Assembly (NCBI GenBank): GCA_965153285.1
Contig: OZ229111.1
DNA length: 64,000 nucleotides
Strand: one strand, 5' to 3'
DNA from: Podarcis tiliguerta
Lineage: Eukaryota
The position numbers and the translations under genes were made by a program. Under the pieces are notes generated by a model. The model saw only the letters and a program-made list of their open reading frames with translations. It was not told the DNA's origin and did no database searches. Of the stretch, positions 53,912 to 64,000 are shown one piece after another (within the stretch, counting starts at the first letter, position 1; each line of letters opens with the position of its first letter).

Positions 53912-56900
53912 TCATTTCCCATATATAGTATGAAGCTTCTGAATGAGAAACATCTTGTCTTCCCCTTCCTGGAACGTTAGAGACATTAAGGTGAGTTGCG
54001 GGAAAGTGGCTTTCTTGAACAAATGATAGCGATGTTAGGAATCTATAAAAAAAGTTGAAACAAATGCGATCTGTGCTCACTTCATCCAGCTCAAGGAAAC
54101 ATTTCCATTTGCCTTTCCATGGCAGCTGTGATTGCTTGCAATTGGTAAGAATGGACGTTCTGGGACTGAAGGTGGATGAGATTACTGTGAAATTTCTTGA
54201 ACAGGAAGAAGCTTGAAGGGAGGCAACAGGAGACTGACATTTTCAGCAGCATGGGCCTGTTTGCCATTCCTGGAGGGCTTAAAATCTATTCTGCCATCTC
54301 CCAAGAAGCATTTCAGGCAGATAATAAAAGTTTGTAATGCACATTGCTTTTTCCTAACTGCTGTAGGGGTCTACTGCAAGTTTAATCTATTTATTATTAG
54401 TGAAGTGTCCTGCCATTATGACTAGCATGATTCATGCAGACAAAGGGACTGTTCACAGCAGGAACCTAATGTGGAAGATGCATCTGTAGAATTTTGTATA
54501 CAAGCACTTTGCGTGAGCACACACATACACACAGCTGTCTTCAGAAATATCTTTCAATGGAAGCTGAGAAACCAAGTATGCTTCTATTGCACTGCTTTTC
54601 ACCACAGGGGAAATAATCCTTCATTCATTCATTCATTCAGGGAAAGAAACAGACTGCAGCCCATTTGCTTTGGTTCCAATAAATTCCAAGAACTAAGGGT
54701 CCAATTCTTAAGGCCCCACTCAGCATGGTACTCATATTCTCTGACAAAGCAGGAATTAGCAGCACTTTCAGGTCTCGGAACTACACAGGAGAAAGCAAGA
54801 CTCCACTCACATTGGCAATCTGCTCCTTCAGCAGGGTAATGATTTTCCGCTGACCTTTCACCACTTGGAAGTTGAGGTAGATCACAGCTCTGCAAAATCA
54901 CAAAGGCGCGGGACAGAATGAGCACAGAGAGATGTTAAGTGAGAAATGCGCAGAAGAGTAATATGCACACCAGGGATGTGGAACAGATTGGTGACAGAAC
55001 TGATCCATCATGCTCTGCCCTCATACAGAGAAAAGGGAGGGCACTAAACCCTTGTGATCCATTGCGCAGTCAGAAATCCTGGGTGTTGGCGCATCTAAGA
55101 TACTCCTTCCCATGAGTATATTGGTGCCTCAGCCTCTGACAGCTTTGAGATGCACATTCCATTAGGTATGGTTAGCTGGACACAGAAACACCCCCAAATT
55201 TCCTTCTCTGGATTGCATCGTAACTGGATTACGTAACACAGGGGTAACTAATGTGGTGCCCCTCCAAATGTTGTGCAGCTTCCATCAGCCCCAGCCAGAT
55301 GGCCAGTTGCCACAGATGTTGGAAATGGGAATCCAGCAACAAATGAAGGCCACCAAATAGGAAATTGTGGTGGTGCTGGAACAGCATATGGCATCAACAG
55401 TGGTAAAGAAAAGCTTGAAATGTGCAGGTTATATTTACAGGTTTAGTAAGTTGCATTAGTGCTAGCTTATGAGGTACCCCAGCTTGATAAGGGGAGGTGT
55501 TCCACTGTGGAAGCCATCAACCTTTTACAGAAGAGAACAGCTCTGAGCACTGGCTGATGCTACTGAAGCTGAACTATGCTGAGAACGGCACACAATCAGC
55601 CTTCCTTCCAATTATATCACAAGTTGAGGTATATGCCATTCCTGGTAAACCCTGTACGGTATTCACCAAACTACTTTGATTTTTTTGGGTTGGGAAGGGA
55701 GAAACCATTTATGGCTTTCTAAGCTTAGATAAATAATGGAGTCTTTCCAACTTACAGCAAAATTCCAGCTATCAAAAACAGGAAGAAGCTATTTTGGATC
55801 AGGTGCTGGTGGATCCAGGTAAACCAGGTGAGGTTTGGGTTGGATTTCTCCAGCCTCAGAACCCAGGTCTTCCCAGACTCATAGATGGTCTCATGGTCTC
55901 GGAAGGGTCCACATATCTTAGATGGTTTAACTCTGGATGGACAAAGAGCAGGTCTGCATCAAAGAGCTATTCAAAAGACTGTTGCTCTACTTGGCATACA
56001 AAAGCTACACACCTAATCATTTTGTTTTTACAACATTTATACAGCATTTTTCGACAATTTACAAAGCCATTTGTAGCATAAAAATGTAAGTTCAAAGGTG
56101 AACGTCACTGATTATTTGGCCAAAATGACACCACAAGAGGGAGATACCAGCAGGCTTGAGAAAACCTAAAGGTTTGCAGAAATGCAAAAACAAAACAACC
56201 TTTAGACAGAAACCAAAACAAAAGATAGCCAAATAAGAACTGATTGTGCTCAGCAGCCATGGAATGCTGACTGACTGTCTGAGTTAAAGAAAACAATAGA
56301 AAAATGGGTGGGAGGGGAATGGAATAGAATGGAATATCATGCAGAAGACCATGGCTGACTGAACAGGAGTACTCCACTCTGCAACCTTTTACTGCAGGCC
56401 CCACATGGGTTTAACTAATAACTGATTGTGTAAATGTCTGAATATTCAGCTGCTTGCAGTAGCTAGAGGCCCCTTTTCAATTACAGGCAACTCCCCATTT
56501 ATGCACATTCAAGGCACCCGCCACCGCACATGCACGCATTACAGCAAACCCAGAAGTGGCCCAAAAAGGGGCAAAAACAGCAAACATGGCGCAAGAACAG
56601 AATCTAGCATGAGCCTTGGCAATTGCGATGCCAGAAACACTTGCACTGACCTCTGTGGCCTATGGAGAGTTTGAGCATGGAGGTTTAGAGGGTCTTTGCA
56701 GACTTTTCAATAGTGTTCCCAGTATTCAAGATTTCACTTAAGCGTGCAGCGCCTCAGAACGTAATCCCCACATAAATGGGGAGTTGCCTACACTTCTCTT
56801 ATATGCCAATTTGCACAAAGACAAGTTTTTAATATGTTACCTATTCTGTACCATACCAGATAGCAGTATCAAAACAGGTGCACATGTCTGCCAGAATGAA

Positions 56901-59900
56901 AGCAAAAATCCTTAATTATGTTTGACCCCCACCCCCTTATGGAAAGAGTGCTTTACAGTATGTCCCGTGAGCAGGGTGCCAAATGCAAGACTTCTGACAC
57001 ATTCTTCAAAGGAACAGCAAGGAATTGTATGTTTAAAAAAAGCAGCACATCAGAGGCCGCAATGACAGCATGCTCACCCGCATCAGAGAAGTCGTTCAGA
57101 CTTTAATGCCTTGATGGTAGGCTAGTGTGGCTGCACTAGCGCTAGGTCGAAGATGAGTGAGGGAGCAATGCAGACTAGTAACAAGGTGCCTTTCAGGTGG
57201 GCATGGGGACAAGCTTTGCAGTAGAAGGGGACAGAAAGCCCAAACGGGCAGGATGTTTTGATATCAGATATCATGGGTGAGAGAACTGGAATTAACAGAA
57301 GAATAGCAAGAGATCCAGCAGTCATAGCATTCCTCTAACACCCGGAATGTAACTGCAGTCAGTTACAACTGAACAGAAAATCTACTCACGCCCAGATGGT
57401 GTAGGAGAGGAATATGGAGGCACCCAGGAAAGAAGGGAAGCACAGCAAGGTGATGAAAATGGTGCTCATGTGAGATGCACGCCAGGGTTTACTGGGAGAC
57501 TGGCAATTTCTCATCAAGCTGGTCTAGGAGGGTGGAAAAAACACACAGTTTAAACTAGCTTATTCACTCTCCTAACAACCGCAACTTCTGAGTGGGACTC
57601 AGCCATACAGTGGTACCTTGGGTTAAGAACGTAATCCGTTCTGGAGGTCTGTTCTTAACCTGAAACTGTTCTTAACCTGAAGCACCACTTTAGCTAATGG
57701 GGCCTCCCGCTGCTGCGCGATTTCTGTTCTCATCCTAAAGCAAAGTTCTTAACCTGAGGTACTATTTCTGGGTTAGCAGAGTCTGTAACCTGAAGTATCT
57801 GTAACCCGTGGTACCACTGTATACTGAAGAAGATTGACCACAGCAAGCACTTTAAAGGGCAACGTGAGTCTAGAACACGGGTGTCAAACACAAGGCCCGC
57901 GGGCCGAATCCGGCCCGCCAGACCTCGTCATGTGGCCCGTGTAGTCTGGTCTATATATATATCTGTGAGGGAAGCTTGGGCTGCGGTGCGCGCGCAGGGC
58001 GCCTCGGGTCCCTTCTGCGCAGGGGCAGGCGCAGGCCTCCCCCTCCTCCAGCTACCTAGCTGAGACTTATTTGACACGGCGAGGGCGGGGTTGGATATGG
58101 GAGGCCGCTGCTGCTGCTCGCAACTTCTTTTCGGGCTCGCCGGGGTGAAATAAGTCCTGGCGGGAGTGCAGCGCGCCTGCGCGAGGTGGAACGCGGAGAA
58201 GGGCAGAGCCGGCTTCGCGTGCGTTGGAGAGAGGGAGACCGAGAGCGCGCTTGTGTTTCGGGAGCGCGCCCTGTGAATACTCGGGGCGGCGTGCTTTTGC
58301 TTTGCTTTTCTTTATTTATTTCTTTAGGCGCGTTTCCGCGCTGCCCAATGAACAGCATCCTCCGCCTCTGGGGATTCGTGATTCAAAAGCAAATTCGATA
58401 CGCAAGTGCATGTTTTGTAAATAACGTCAGGCGCGGCTTCCGCAGGGTGTGCGTTGCAAAAATTTATATATGGGGGGAAAGCTGATAAGGAATTGGTTTA
58501 TTTTTTAGGGTATTTACACATCATGCAATTTTTCCCTCAATGTTATTACAGGGTCCGGCCATCAGTTCCCACCCTCCTCAAAGGTTTAGGGTAGGTAGCA
58601 AAGGGGGGGAAATCCAAACAAATGCTCGATTAAAAATTGGGGAATGAGAAAAATTAAAACCTGCACATCTTGTGTAACTTAAACACCAAGCCAAGCAGGA
58701 AACAATTTTTATGTTCATATATGTATTCAAATGAAATCAAGGTGTAGTGTTCCATGAGCCAGAAGCTTTGCATTACTTAATCCAGCTGTTAAAGGTGTCA
58801 TGGGCTTTGAAGACACTCGAACTCGAACCAGCCCTTTGAGGGTGACCAAACTGCTGATGCGGCCCCCGGTGAATTTGAGTTTGACACCCCTGGTCTAGAA
58901 TCTTGCAGAACGAAAAGCAACCCAGTGGGGAAATGGCCAGTGGGAAAAGCAATAAGCACCCCTTCTCTCCCACTGCTTTTCTGCTCAGAATTGCACCTCC
59001 CAAGACTGTTTTTCATTTTAAAATGGGGGGGGGGAGGATTATAATATAATACACTTATATACACATGCATTTGACTCTCAGCTTCTCATGACTGATAAGA
59101 GTACAATCTAGGTTACTTCCCGCTGGTCAAGGACCTCTGTCAGGTTTCCATTTCCTTTAATTGTCTTCGGGACAGAGCGAAGGCAGTCTGGGAGGCAAGT
59201 CCACTCAGTGTGATTTGCTAGCTTGTCTCCACCTCAATTTCTCTGTCCACAAAACTTCCATAAGCCAACCCTCTGCTAATGCATGTCGCCTCAGTGCAGT
59301 GGAAAGTGCATTAGTGCCCGTTGGAGATGGGCAGATAAATTACCTTCTTAATATAGAACAGGAGCAGCAACTTGAAGATTTGGACAACAGGGAGGAGTGG
59401 GGCAAAGAAGACTCCCAGCCTGGGCGGGGGGACAAAAAGGAGAGATCAGTAGTTTACTTACGCTGAGCTTGTAAACCCCTGCACATTTTTGCACCAGAAT
59501 CTCAAATTATGCAACCAGAATCCTGTGAAGTATTTTACATTATTCAATCTAGTTTCTGGCTTTTAAAGGAGGTGGAATTCTTCAGCAGAGAAATGAATGC
59601 ACAGAAAGATTGAAGGTGGAGATGGATGGGCTACAAGGGGTCCATGATAAGGAGCTGTGCTTGACCCTAGAGGCTCCAGCCCATTGCATGTTTTTGTGGT
59701 GTGGCGATCCTATTTTAAAAGTTTGAATGATATAAAATAGGGTAAAAATACTGCAAATAAACAACCAACAACAAGGTGCAGATGTGCAGCAGTACCTGAA
59801 AGACTGTGGCAGCGGAGATTTAAAGGAAATTTAAAGCTTTCCTGCTTCAAAGTGGTTAATTAGGATTGTTTAATTTACTGCTGGTCTTGATATTTGTTTT

Positions 59901-60403
59901 AATAGGATTGCTATTTGCAGAACCTGCAGCTCGAAGGTAGAACAAGATGCTTTGCATGCATAAGTCCCAGCCTTTTTCAGGTAAGGCTGTGAAAACCTTA
60001 GACAGCCCCTGCCAGTCAGTGTAGACGATAGCAAGTAGGTGGTCCAGTGGCCTAATTCAGTACAAGGCAGCTTCCTCTGTTAACATATGTCATTGCACTA
60101 AAAGCCACCCTGAGCAGCTCACATGAGACAGGGTGTAGATGTTTTAAATAAAATGTATGCGATCTAAAGATCCTCTGCCGCCTTCAAAAACAGTTTGGTG
60201 CTTTTATCTGCAGGATGAGCAGAACATAAGACTATAACATGAATATGGAAATGGAAAAGGAGTGACCCAGCAAAAAAATGGAAATGGGCATCTCTCACCA
60301 GGTCAAGGTTTGTCCATAAATGAGCTCCAGAACATTTCGAGCAATGTCAAACTCAGGCCTCCGCTTACTCTGTAGCTTCTTCTCCAAAATAACCCTGAGT
60401 AGT

Positions 60404-60440
<37 letters not shown>

Positions 60441-63400
60441 TTGGGTTGTATCCCATGAAGTCATTGCACAAGGGGGACAACTTCTGCTCACATCTGCTCT
60501 GAGGATTCCCCAACCCTCTGGAGCAGATTCTGTGGGGTGTAGGGGAAGGAGATGTTCCATTGTGCCCATTGAAGTAGTTCTATTTATGCAATGACTTTAC
60601 TGGATTCAACCCAGGACACAGATATACAGTTGCAGATACAATGTTATAAGTGCATTATACAAATGTGAAACTAGATGGTGCTGGTGAGCTTATGGCAAAT
60701 TCAATATATTTTTCAAAACGCTTTTTTAAAAAGCATTTTTGTATGTGTCTAGATTCCACCCCAGTCAGTCCGAACTGCAAAGCAGAGCTTTGCCAGAGTA
60801 AGTTTTGGCATTTGGGAAAGGGATTGGCCTGATAATTACCTCCACATCAGCTCTGCGAAGAAGGTGTCCAAGAGACAGAAAATGAAATCCATCACCACCA
60901 AGCGGTAGAGCTCTTGCCCCACAAAGTTCTCCCAGCACTGTGGAAAAATGGGCAAAATGGAGAGGTGTTTCTCTTTCTGGAGCTCTTGGCCAACCAGTTT
61001 CTTCTGTCTGCTGTTGCTTCAGACATCCCTAGCAACAGAAGTTGAGTCCATCCCTGCTATGTGCAACGTGCCAGCAAAAAGATGACATTTTGCCTCTTGC
61101 TTTTGAAGGGGCAGGGCTCTATTTGCTGCAGGTTAAAACAAGGGAAAGCAACGCCAGCCTGCCTTTGCTGCAGCCGGTCAACTCTCCTCCTGTTCCACAA
61201 GATACTTTGCATTGTTCCAGTTTTAGCATGCCCAATGAACGGATTTAAGAAACTAATATTTGGCATAAATAAAGTTTAAAAGGTTATTCAAAGCACCAGA
61301 AAAGGTTTCCTGCTGCAAAGACCTTTCCCATTTCTCATGAGCTATTTGCTGGAAATTATGAACCATCCGAGTACACAAAGCCACTTTTTTGTGTGCCTGG
61401 CTTGGTTCAGTATGATAAAACCACAGAAGACCAGCAGTTGCTGGAAATGTCCTAGCAGCACCTTCACTTGCCACAAATTCACACTGACCTCCATTTCTGA
61501 AGTCGTCTCTTTCCTGCTCAGCCAGTGATAACACAGCAACCCTAAGATAACCATCTTCAGAATTAAGTTCCTGAAGACAAAAACAAAAAGAAAGAAAAAG
61601 AGGAAAGGAATTTCCTAAGAAACAATATTCTGAGGAAGAAAATTGTTTCCAAGTTAGATCGACTAAACCCACCCACTCCACCTCCAATTGCCAGAATGTT
61701 ACCTGGAGAATCTGGTCACATCCACAGCATGCACATGGCTCCCCCCCAAAAAAAAATTCCTGGGAGATGAATTTGTTTAAATGGGTGCTGGGAATTGTAG
61801 CTCTGTAAGGGGTACGCTAGAGTTCCCAGGATTCTTTGGCGGAACCCATGTGCTTTAAGTGTGATCCACTTAGTTCTCTTGTTCTTCTGCTTGGCAGGAG
61901 TAAAGAGGTAGGGAAAAAGCTATCGCCAGCACATTCAGGCATGGAGGACCAACGCCAATACCTGGACACAAAATGCAGAGGAAGCAACATGCTCCTCTGT
62001 TTCAGCTGCTAGGCTCTGTGTTACCTGCAGATGGCGACATACACCTCTAGGACGGGAGATTCCTGCTTTTCCCAGGCAGCCAGGAGGTTGTATATGTAGG
62101 GGATGAGCAAGTTAATCAGAGACACCAGCAGAGGCAGGGCCAGGAGCAGGGCTTCTTTGCGCATGTAGTTGCTTGTCAAGAGCTTCTCATGATGAACCTG
62201 CGGAAGTGGTGCACCGTGGGTTACCTGTTCAATTCTTATTAACTCCCCACATTCAATGCAAACAGAGCTCTAGATTCTAGGAACGGGATATAAGTATCAC
62301 AGGGCATCCTTTATGACTATCACTGAAATCACAACTTTCAAGCTGGGAAATTGCAGGAGATAATAATCTACATCTGCCTGTTTATTACAGTGAAAAGTGG
62401 CCACCTTTCATGGAAGAAACAAGTAGAAAGCTGGCACTGTTGTACTACAACTCCCATCACCCCAGGCCAGCAGGGGATGATGGGGATTGTAGTCCAAGAA
62501 TATCTGGGGACCCAAAGCTGGGGAAGGCAGGCCTCATGTGAGCCCAGTGAATGGCCTCTTTCCCCAAAGAGACTAAGGAGTCCCTGCCACAGACCCAGAA
62601 AATCAGAGATAATGCTTGCTGCCAAGAACACATCAGGCCCTTGGATGGCAATGGAGCAGCCATCTCACCTGGTAAATGTATATAGAGAAGTAGTGAACTC
62701 CTAGGACACATCCCAGAACAATGCCCAGAGACAGAGTCCAGGCTATCAGTAGGATTGCCAGCCTCTGCAGTCTCTTGCACAGGTTTAATGGGCGAGACCT
62801 GGATCGCCGCTCAGCCAGACATTCCTGATAAAGGAAAAGAAGAAAAACAACCACCTGAGTGATACATGAGGACAGGGGCTGCAACATGACTTCCTAGTTA
62901 CGTGGCCAATCTGCATTTCTTAGGGGTAGGCAATATACCCAATGCAAAAGGAGCCAGCGATAAATCTGTGGGAGAGGCACCTGGGAGTTCAAAGGAATCA
63001 AAGAGTGTGACTGTAATCTGCTCTGTAATATGGGGAGGTTATCTGTACAAAAGAGCAGATCAGAGCTGTTATCATCATCATCATCATAGGATTGTAGAGT
63101 TGGAAGGGACCCCCAAGGGCCATCTGGTCCAACGCCCTGCAATGCAGGAATCACAGCTAAATGATCCCTGACAAATGGCCATCCTAACTCTGCTGAAAAA
63201 CCTCCAATGGGAGTCCATTCCGCGGTTGAACAGCTCTTAATGTCAGAAAGTTCTTCCTAACGTTTAATTGGAATCTCCTTTCTTGTAACTTGAAGCCATT
63301 CGTTTGGGTCCTACCCTCTGAGCAGCAGAAAGCAAGCAAACTCCATCTTCCATGTGGCATCATCTCTCAGGAAAAGTTTATACAGTTTGGAGAGGTATGA

Positions 63401-63813
63401 GCATCATGGCATAGATATCGCTGCACTATTTATATTCAGTGTCGTACAAAATGCCTTGTTACCTTCTCACATCTAGCTACCCAGAGTGGCTGCGGCGACC
63501 CAGTCAGATGAGTGGGGTACAAATAATTAATAACAACAACAACAACAACAACAACATCCTGCTGCACGGGATATCGAGAGCCCCATCACTCAGCCTTCCC
63601 AGGGAGACCGATTTATCCACCAAGCTTGTTGCATTTTCACAGCCTGAATTGGCACACTCAGTACTTGCCTTCAGGTGAGTGCAGATGTTTTCACTCTGAA
63701 GTCGGACGGAGCGTTTCTGGATCACCTTGTAGTCCCAGGCACAGAAGACTTTGATTGCCAGGTCCCCTGATGCACTGTCCACACGGTAGCTCTCCCCAAA
63801 GGAGTGGGACATG
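53912..63813 (-). CDS. TMC6: Transmembrane channel-like protein 6 (EVER1), 3' part with 11 coding exons; 5' exons lie beyond the window
   Basis: Exons: 63669-63813, 62669-62824, 62025-62197, 61489-61570, 60840-60937, 60299-60394, 59344-59419, 57390-57523, 55756-55932, 54811-54889, 53912-53968, with consistent phases. TMC signature [12 protein letters not shown], plus [29 protein letters not shown] and [21 protein letters not shown], which resemble TMC6 rather than TMC8. Confidence 0.92.
54085..54333. repeat. Unclassified ~240-bp direct repeat, copy 2 (TMC6 intron)
   Basis: Diverged copy of 52280-52520. Confidence 0.8.
56484..56790. mobile_element. Tigger-like MITE, degraded
   Basis: Termini caggcaactccccatttatg / cataaatggggagttgcct. 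Confidence 0.6.
57608..57819. mobile_element. Tigger/pogo-type MITE
   Basis: cagtggtacc...ggtaccactg with TA flanks; same family as 48459-48684. Confidence 0.8.
57876..58892. mobile_element. Non-autonomous hAT (Charlie-type) DNA transposon, 1017 bp, CpG-rich
   Basis: TIRs cacgggtgtcaaac / gtttgacacccctg; subterminal ggcccgcgggcc; perfect 8-bp TSD gtctagaa at 57868-57875 and 58893-58900. Confidence 0.9.
60408..60440 (+). repeat. (GA)n microsatellite
   Basis: Direct reading; it forms the (CT)n pyrimidine tract of a TMC6 acceptor on the - strand. Confidence 0.9.
63085..63360 (-). mobile_element. CR1 LINE 3' fragment
   Basis: cataggattgtagagttggaagggacc...tgtcagaaagttcttcctaacgttta; typical CR1 3' end on the - strand. 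Confidence 0.65.
63530..63556 (+). repeat. (AAC)n microsatellite
   Basis: Direct reading. Confidence 0.85.
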
Positions 63814-64000
63814 CTGCGAAGAAGGGAGAAGATACCGTCAATCAAGATTGCTTGTGTTAGAAATACTTTCTTTAAATCAAGTCCTCCAAGCAAGACCCTT
63901 CATGATTTTTTTTTTCATTTCTTAAAGTTATTTGCACTCTTTCTGATACCAGATTGTTGACCATCTGGCAAAAAAAAGAAAGGAAAAAAATAGAGAGATT

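Noticed and set aside
53886-54080. 64-aa ORF as the terminal TMC6 exon
   Set aside because: The TMC6-homologous frame is a different one (EGEDKMFL...), starting at the acceptor at 53968.
57960-58450. CpG-island promoter of an unknown gene, with its short ORFs
   Set aside because: It lies wholly within a TIR/TSD-bounded hAT element in a TMC6 intron; the ORFs are GC-rich noise.
53912-63813. TMC8 assignment
   Set aside because: The segments [24 protein letters not shown] and EGEDKMFL follow TMC6 as I recall it, not TMC8.

Overview
Vertebrate nuclear DNA. The repeat content (Sauria-type SINE, Squam3-like SINE with (CTT)n tail, BovB/RTE, CR1, L2, hAT and Tc1/pogo MITEs) points to a squamate, probably a lacertid lizard. 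I assembled six spliced protein-coding genes by hand from splice sites, phase continuity and recalled homology: SLC25A10 (-, 11 exons, 286 aa), MRPL12 (-, 5 exons, 195 aa), a METTL26/DUF938-family gene (+, 6 exons, 204 aa), HGS (-, 21 exons, 759 aa), ARL16 (+, 5 exons, 182 aa) and the 3' part of TMC6 (-, 11 exons, 5' end outside the window). The block corresponds to human 17q25.3. Highlights: an intact, divergent METTL26 paralog inserted between MRPL12 and HGS, where I recall no such gene in human; an AT-AC minor-spliceosome intron in ARL16; GC-AG introns in HGS and TMC6; a young CpG-rich 1-kb hAT element with a perfect 8-bp TSD inside TMC6; an unexplained ~240-bp diverged repeat pair with a conserved hairpin; and a speculative small signal-peptide-like ORF 3' of TMC6. 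Homology calls come from memory of the protein families; no database search was run.
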